From contig JBFMCO010000028.1 in the NCBI GenBank assembly GCA_040754495.1, forward strand, positions 13,878-77,877: a stretch of DNA of 64,000 nucleotides, given 5' to 3'. The position numbers and the translations under genes are program-made. The notes beneath the pieces are model-generated. The model was not told the DNA's origin, did not search any database, and worked only from the letters and a program-made list of their open reading frames with translations. Shown here in pieces: positions 61,123 through 64,000 of the stretch. Each line of letters opens with the position of its first letter. Positions within the stretch are counted from its first letter, which is position 1. This DNA comes from Candidatus Micrarchaeota archaeon (GTDB lineage: Archaea > Micrarchaeota > Micrarchaeia > Anstonellales > Bilamarchaeaceae).

Positions 61123-61809
61123 ATGCACGTCGTTCTCTCAATCGGTGGAAGCTCGATAATACCGGATGGCAAGCCGGACCTCGCCTTTTTGCGCGCGATT
61201 TCTGCCCTCATAAAAAAGAGCAGGAACAGCTTCGGCATCCTCTGCGGCGGCGGAACGGTCGCCCGCCTCTACGCGAACGCGGCAAGGGAGCTCGGAGCCG
61301 GCGAATACGAGGCCGACTCCATCGCCATCCGCTCGACCAGGCAGAACGCGCACCTCTTCCTCACAGCCCTGAGGGGCGCCGGGATAGACGTATATGAGCG
61401 TGTCGTGGAGGATTTCGAGCTGGCCAAGGAGCCGTCGCGCGAGTGCAAGGCCGTCGTCATGGGCGGGACGATACCCGGCATCACAACGGACACGGACTCG
61501 GTGCTCCTTGCCGAGGCGATAGGGGCAAGGAGGCTGGTGAATGTCAGCAACGTGGATGCCATCTACGACTCCGACCCGAGGAAGAATCCGGCCGCGAAAA
61601 GGTTCCAGAGGATGTCATACGACGAGCTGATAGCCCTCGCCAGCTCCAGCGACAAGCGGATGGCAGGGACTAATTTCGTCTTCGACCTCCTTGCCTGCAA
61701 GCTTATTGCGCGCTCGAAAATCGAGACGCATTTCGTGTCGTTCAGGAAGATGGACGACCTTGAGGCCGCTGTGGAAGGGAAGAAGCACTCCGGCACGGTA
61801 GTCTCGTAG
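61123..61809 (+). CDS. pyrH: Uridylate kinase
   Basis: SIGGS, GGG..AR.Y, GIT TD, NVDAIYDSDPRK, DLLACKLI. Confidence 0.92.
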   Translation: MHVVLSIGGSSIIPDGKPDLAFLRAISALIKKSRNSFGILCGGGTVARLYANAARELGAGEYEADSIAIRSTRQNAHLFLTALRGAGIDVYERVVEDFELAKEPSRECKAVVMGGTIPGITTDTDSVLLAEAIGARRLVNVSNVDAIYDSDPRKNPAAKRFQRMSYDELIALASSSDKRMAGTNFVFDLLACKLIARSKIETHFVSFRKMDDLEAAVEGKKHSGTVVS

Positions 61810-61845
61810 GGCCGGAAGCGGATTGAAACCGGGGAAGAAGAAAAA

Positions 61846-62562
61846 TCAGGAGCTCTTGAGGTATTTCCCGACGTCCTTGTCAGGCAGGCATACGCACTTC
61901 CTGGTCTTCATCGGGACGTAGGAAATCTCGACGTTCTCCTGCATGAGCTTCTCCTCCTGCGTCTTGCGGAGGGCCTCCACGCAGAGCCGGATGGCCTCGT
62001 CGAGGGCGAGCTTCTCGTCGTATTTGGATTCCAGGAACTCGTCGACCTCCTTCTTGTTCGCGCCGATGGAGTCGGCCTTGTAGGCGGTCATGGCACCTGA
62101 CGGCTCGGCCTCGAAGAGCTTAGGGCCCTGGCTGTCCACGCCGGCAATCAGGAGCGACACGCCGAAAGGCCTTATGCCGCCGTACTGCGTGTATACTTGC
62201 ATCAGGTCGCAGACGCTCCTTGCAATCGAGTCCACGGTCGGGGCCTCGTTGTACGTTATCCTGTGCCTCTGCGAATCAACGCGGGCGATTTCGACAAGGC
62301 GCCTCGCGTCCGCAATCAGCCCGCTTGCCGTGACGACGATGTGGTCGTCTGCCGTGAACACCTTCTTCAGGGATTCCGGAACGACCAGCTTGGAGTGTAT
62401 GGACTTGAAGGCGACGAGCGCGACGCCTTCCCTGCACGTTATGCCGACCGCGGTCGCGCCCCTTTTCACGGCCTCCTTGGCGTATTCCACCTGGAACAGC
62501 CGGCCATCAGGGCTGAAAACTGTTATCGCTCTGTCATAAGCCTGGGGGGAAACTCCGTACAT
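61846..62562 (-). CDS. psmA: Proteasome subunit alpha
   Basis: YDRAITVFSPDGRLFQVEYA, SGLIADAR, TQYGGIRPFGVSLLIAG. Confidence 0.97.
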   Translation of the reverse strand: MYGVSPQAYDRAITVFSPDGRLFQVEYAKEAVKRGATAVGITCREGVALVAFKSIHSKLVVPESLKKVFTADDHIVVTASGLIADARRLVEIARVDSQRHRITYNEAPTVDSIARSVCDLMQVYTQYGGIRPFGVSLLIAGVDSQGPKLFEAEPSGAMTAYKADSIGANKKEVDEFLESKYDEKLALDEAIRLCVEALRKTQEEKLMQENVEISYVPMKTRKCVCLPDKDVGKYLKSS

Positions 62563-62685
62563 GCATGCACCTCTAAATGAGAATTTGAATAGATTAGAGT
62601 GGGGGTGTTTAAATGCATTATCATTGCCCCCCTGGGCCCTTTTGCGGCATGGGCCATTAAAAGCCCCGGAGGCAAGCATGTCATC

Positions 62686-64000
62686 ATGGCAGGCGAAACC
62701 GGGCAGGCCCTTGAAAAGCTGAAAAGCAGGGACAGGGACAAGAGACTGGATGCCGCAAACGCGCTGGGAAACGCTGCGCTGGGCGGTGAAGACATCAGCG
62801 CTGCGGCAGGCCCATTGGACCGCGCCCTTTCCGACGAGGATGGCATAGTGAGGGTGAGGGCCGCCTGGGCGCTCGCCATCCATCATTTCCAGAAAGGCGA
62901 CCTTGACGCCGTCAACAAGCTCAGGGGAAGCGGCGATAGGGACGTCAGGCACGGCGCGGCCCAGGCCTTCGGCTTTGCCCTAAGCAAGGGCATTGACCTC
63001 ACCCCGCTGATGCCGGAGCTCGAGAAGGACCTCTCAGAAGCCGCCGACAGTTCGCTGCGGTACGAGCTGGCGGGAACCCTCGCAGGCATCTACCTGAGAA
63101 ACGGCCTGGCTGGGAAGGCAGCCGGGATGCTCAGGCACGAAGACAAAAGCATCAGGAGCCGCGCGGCGTCTTCCTATATGATTGCGGCGGGTGACGGCGC
63201 TGACATATCTCCATTGCTTGAGGCGCTGAGGGAGGCGCTCTCCGACGTGGAGCAGGAGGTCCGGCACTACGCCGCTTCGGCGCTGGCAGGGTTTCATGCC
63301 CGGAGGAAGCAATGGAAGGAAATCGACGGGCTGCTGGTGAACAAGGACTCGACTGTCCGGTATACAGTTATAACCGACTTGCAATCCCATGCCGGAAGCT
63401 TCGGGTTTTCAGATATCCCGAACCTGCTCAAATGCCTCGATGACAGTGATTTTGACGTCAGGAAGGGAGTCGTCTCGCTCCTCAGGATGGCGGCGAAAGA
63501 GGGGGAGGACATATCGTTCGCGGTGCCTGCATTGAAGAAAGCCGCCACATACGGGGATGAGGAGGTGAAGGAGGCTGCCGGGAACGCCCTCCGGGAATAC
63601 GAGCTCAGGAAGGACGCGGGGCAGCGCTGCAGGCACTGCATGGACTGCGAGCTGGGCCCGGAGCCTGGCAACGAATCGAAGAGCCTTGAGGACTTGGCGG
63701 TCATCGTGAAGGAGATGGCATGCTGCGGCGGGGAGGTCACGCACAGGATATTCAGGTGCAGGCAGTGCGGGAAGCATTACCTGTCCTCCTATTTCGACCA
63801 TACGGGTTTCGAGGCCGAGCAGTTTTCCATAGTGGTGATAGGCAAGGAGGACGCCGGGAAACTGGCGGACGAGAATAAATACTTAACTCGGCGCTCGGGA
63901 CTGCCGGTCACAGACCGGCAGTTTTCTATCCCCTCGCGCCTAGTTGAAGAAGGCGCCGAGCTTCGTCTGGCCTCTTGGGATTCCCTGGTTTTTCACATAC
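62686..64000 (+). CDS. HEAT-repeat protein with C-terminal Cys-rich (Zn) domain, partial (no stop in window)
   Basis: Hand translation from ATG 62686: repeated LSD.D..VR..AA.AL units; CRHCMDC..CC..CRQC; open to the window end. Confidence 0.85.
   Translation, partial: MAGETGQALEKLKSRDRDKRLDAANALGNAALGGEDISAAAGPLDRALSDEDGIVRVRAAWALAIHHFQKGDLDAVNKLRGSGDRDVRHGAAQAFGFALSKGIDLTPLMPELEKDLSEAADSSLRYELAGTLAGIYLRNGLAGKAAGMLRHEDKSIRSRAASSYMIAAGDGADISPLLEALREALSDVEQEVRHYAASALAGFHARRKQWKEIDGLLVNKDSTVRYTVITDLQSHAGSFGFSDIPNLLKCLDDSDFDVRKGVVSLLRMAAKEGEDISFAVPALKKAATYGDEEVKEAAGNALREYELRKDAGQRCRHCMDCELGPEPGNESKSLEDLAVIVKEMACCGGEVTHRIFRCRQCGKHYLSSYFDHTGFEAEQFSIVVIGKEDAGKLADENKYLTRRSGLPVTDRQFSIPSRLVEEGAELRLASWDSLVFHI
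63900..63922. terminator. 10-bp stem hairpin between convergent genes
   Basis: ACTGCCGGTC-ACA-GACCGGCAGT. Confidence 0.5.
63940..64000 (-). CDS. 3' end of an off-window gene terminating in a PCNA-interacting PIP box
   Basis: YVKNQGIPRGQTKLGAFFN*; QxxLxxFF. Confidence 0.6.
   Translation of the reverse strand, partial: YVKNQGIPRGQTKLGAFFN

Noticed and set aside
1-64000. CRISPR array, rRNA or IS element
   Set aside because: No regularly spaced 25-40-bp repeats with unique spacers, no rRNA signatures and no transposase ORF seen

Overview
GC-rich archaeal chromosomal segment. Archaeal markers include TBP, Rpo4/RpoF, L21e, S26e, proteasome alpha, RFC-L, Hef, XPD and PurP. Multi-intron tRNAs and many ORFans are most consistent with a DPANN/Ca. 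Micrarchaeota genome (inference). Housekeeping genes are mixed with lineage-specific ORFans. Main points: (1) A 1,974-bp integrase-less mini-element sits at the 3' end of a triple-intron tRNA-Phe(GAA), bounded by a 13-bp att repeat. Its AbrB-like gene is cut by the att site and is restored in frame only in the excised circle. (2) A cluster at 1-8143 holds two paralogues with outer-membrane-beta-barrel-like C-termini plus a ~1,300-aa ORFan. (3) Up to five ORFans share an 'MTG(P/A)' N-terminus. (4) A dispersed heptamer-based palindromic repeat occurs intergenically and as a 59-codon in-frame insert in purF. (5) tRNA-Leu(CAG) has a 213-nt multi-hairpin intron that shares a module with another tRNA intron and an intergenic site. 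(6) TBP has 87 bp identical between its two halves. (7) Full-length GS-like and PurD-like proteins have lost catalytic residues. (8) Hef carries a 505-aa LAGLIDADG intein. No rRNA, CRISPR array or transposase was seen. All calls were made by eye without database searches.
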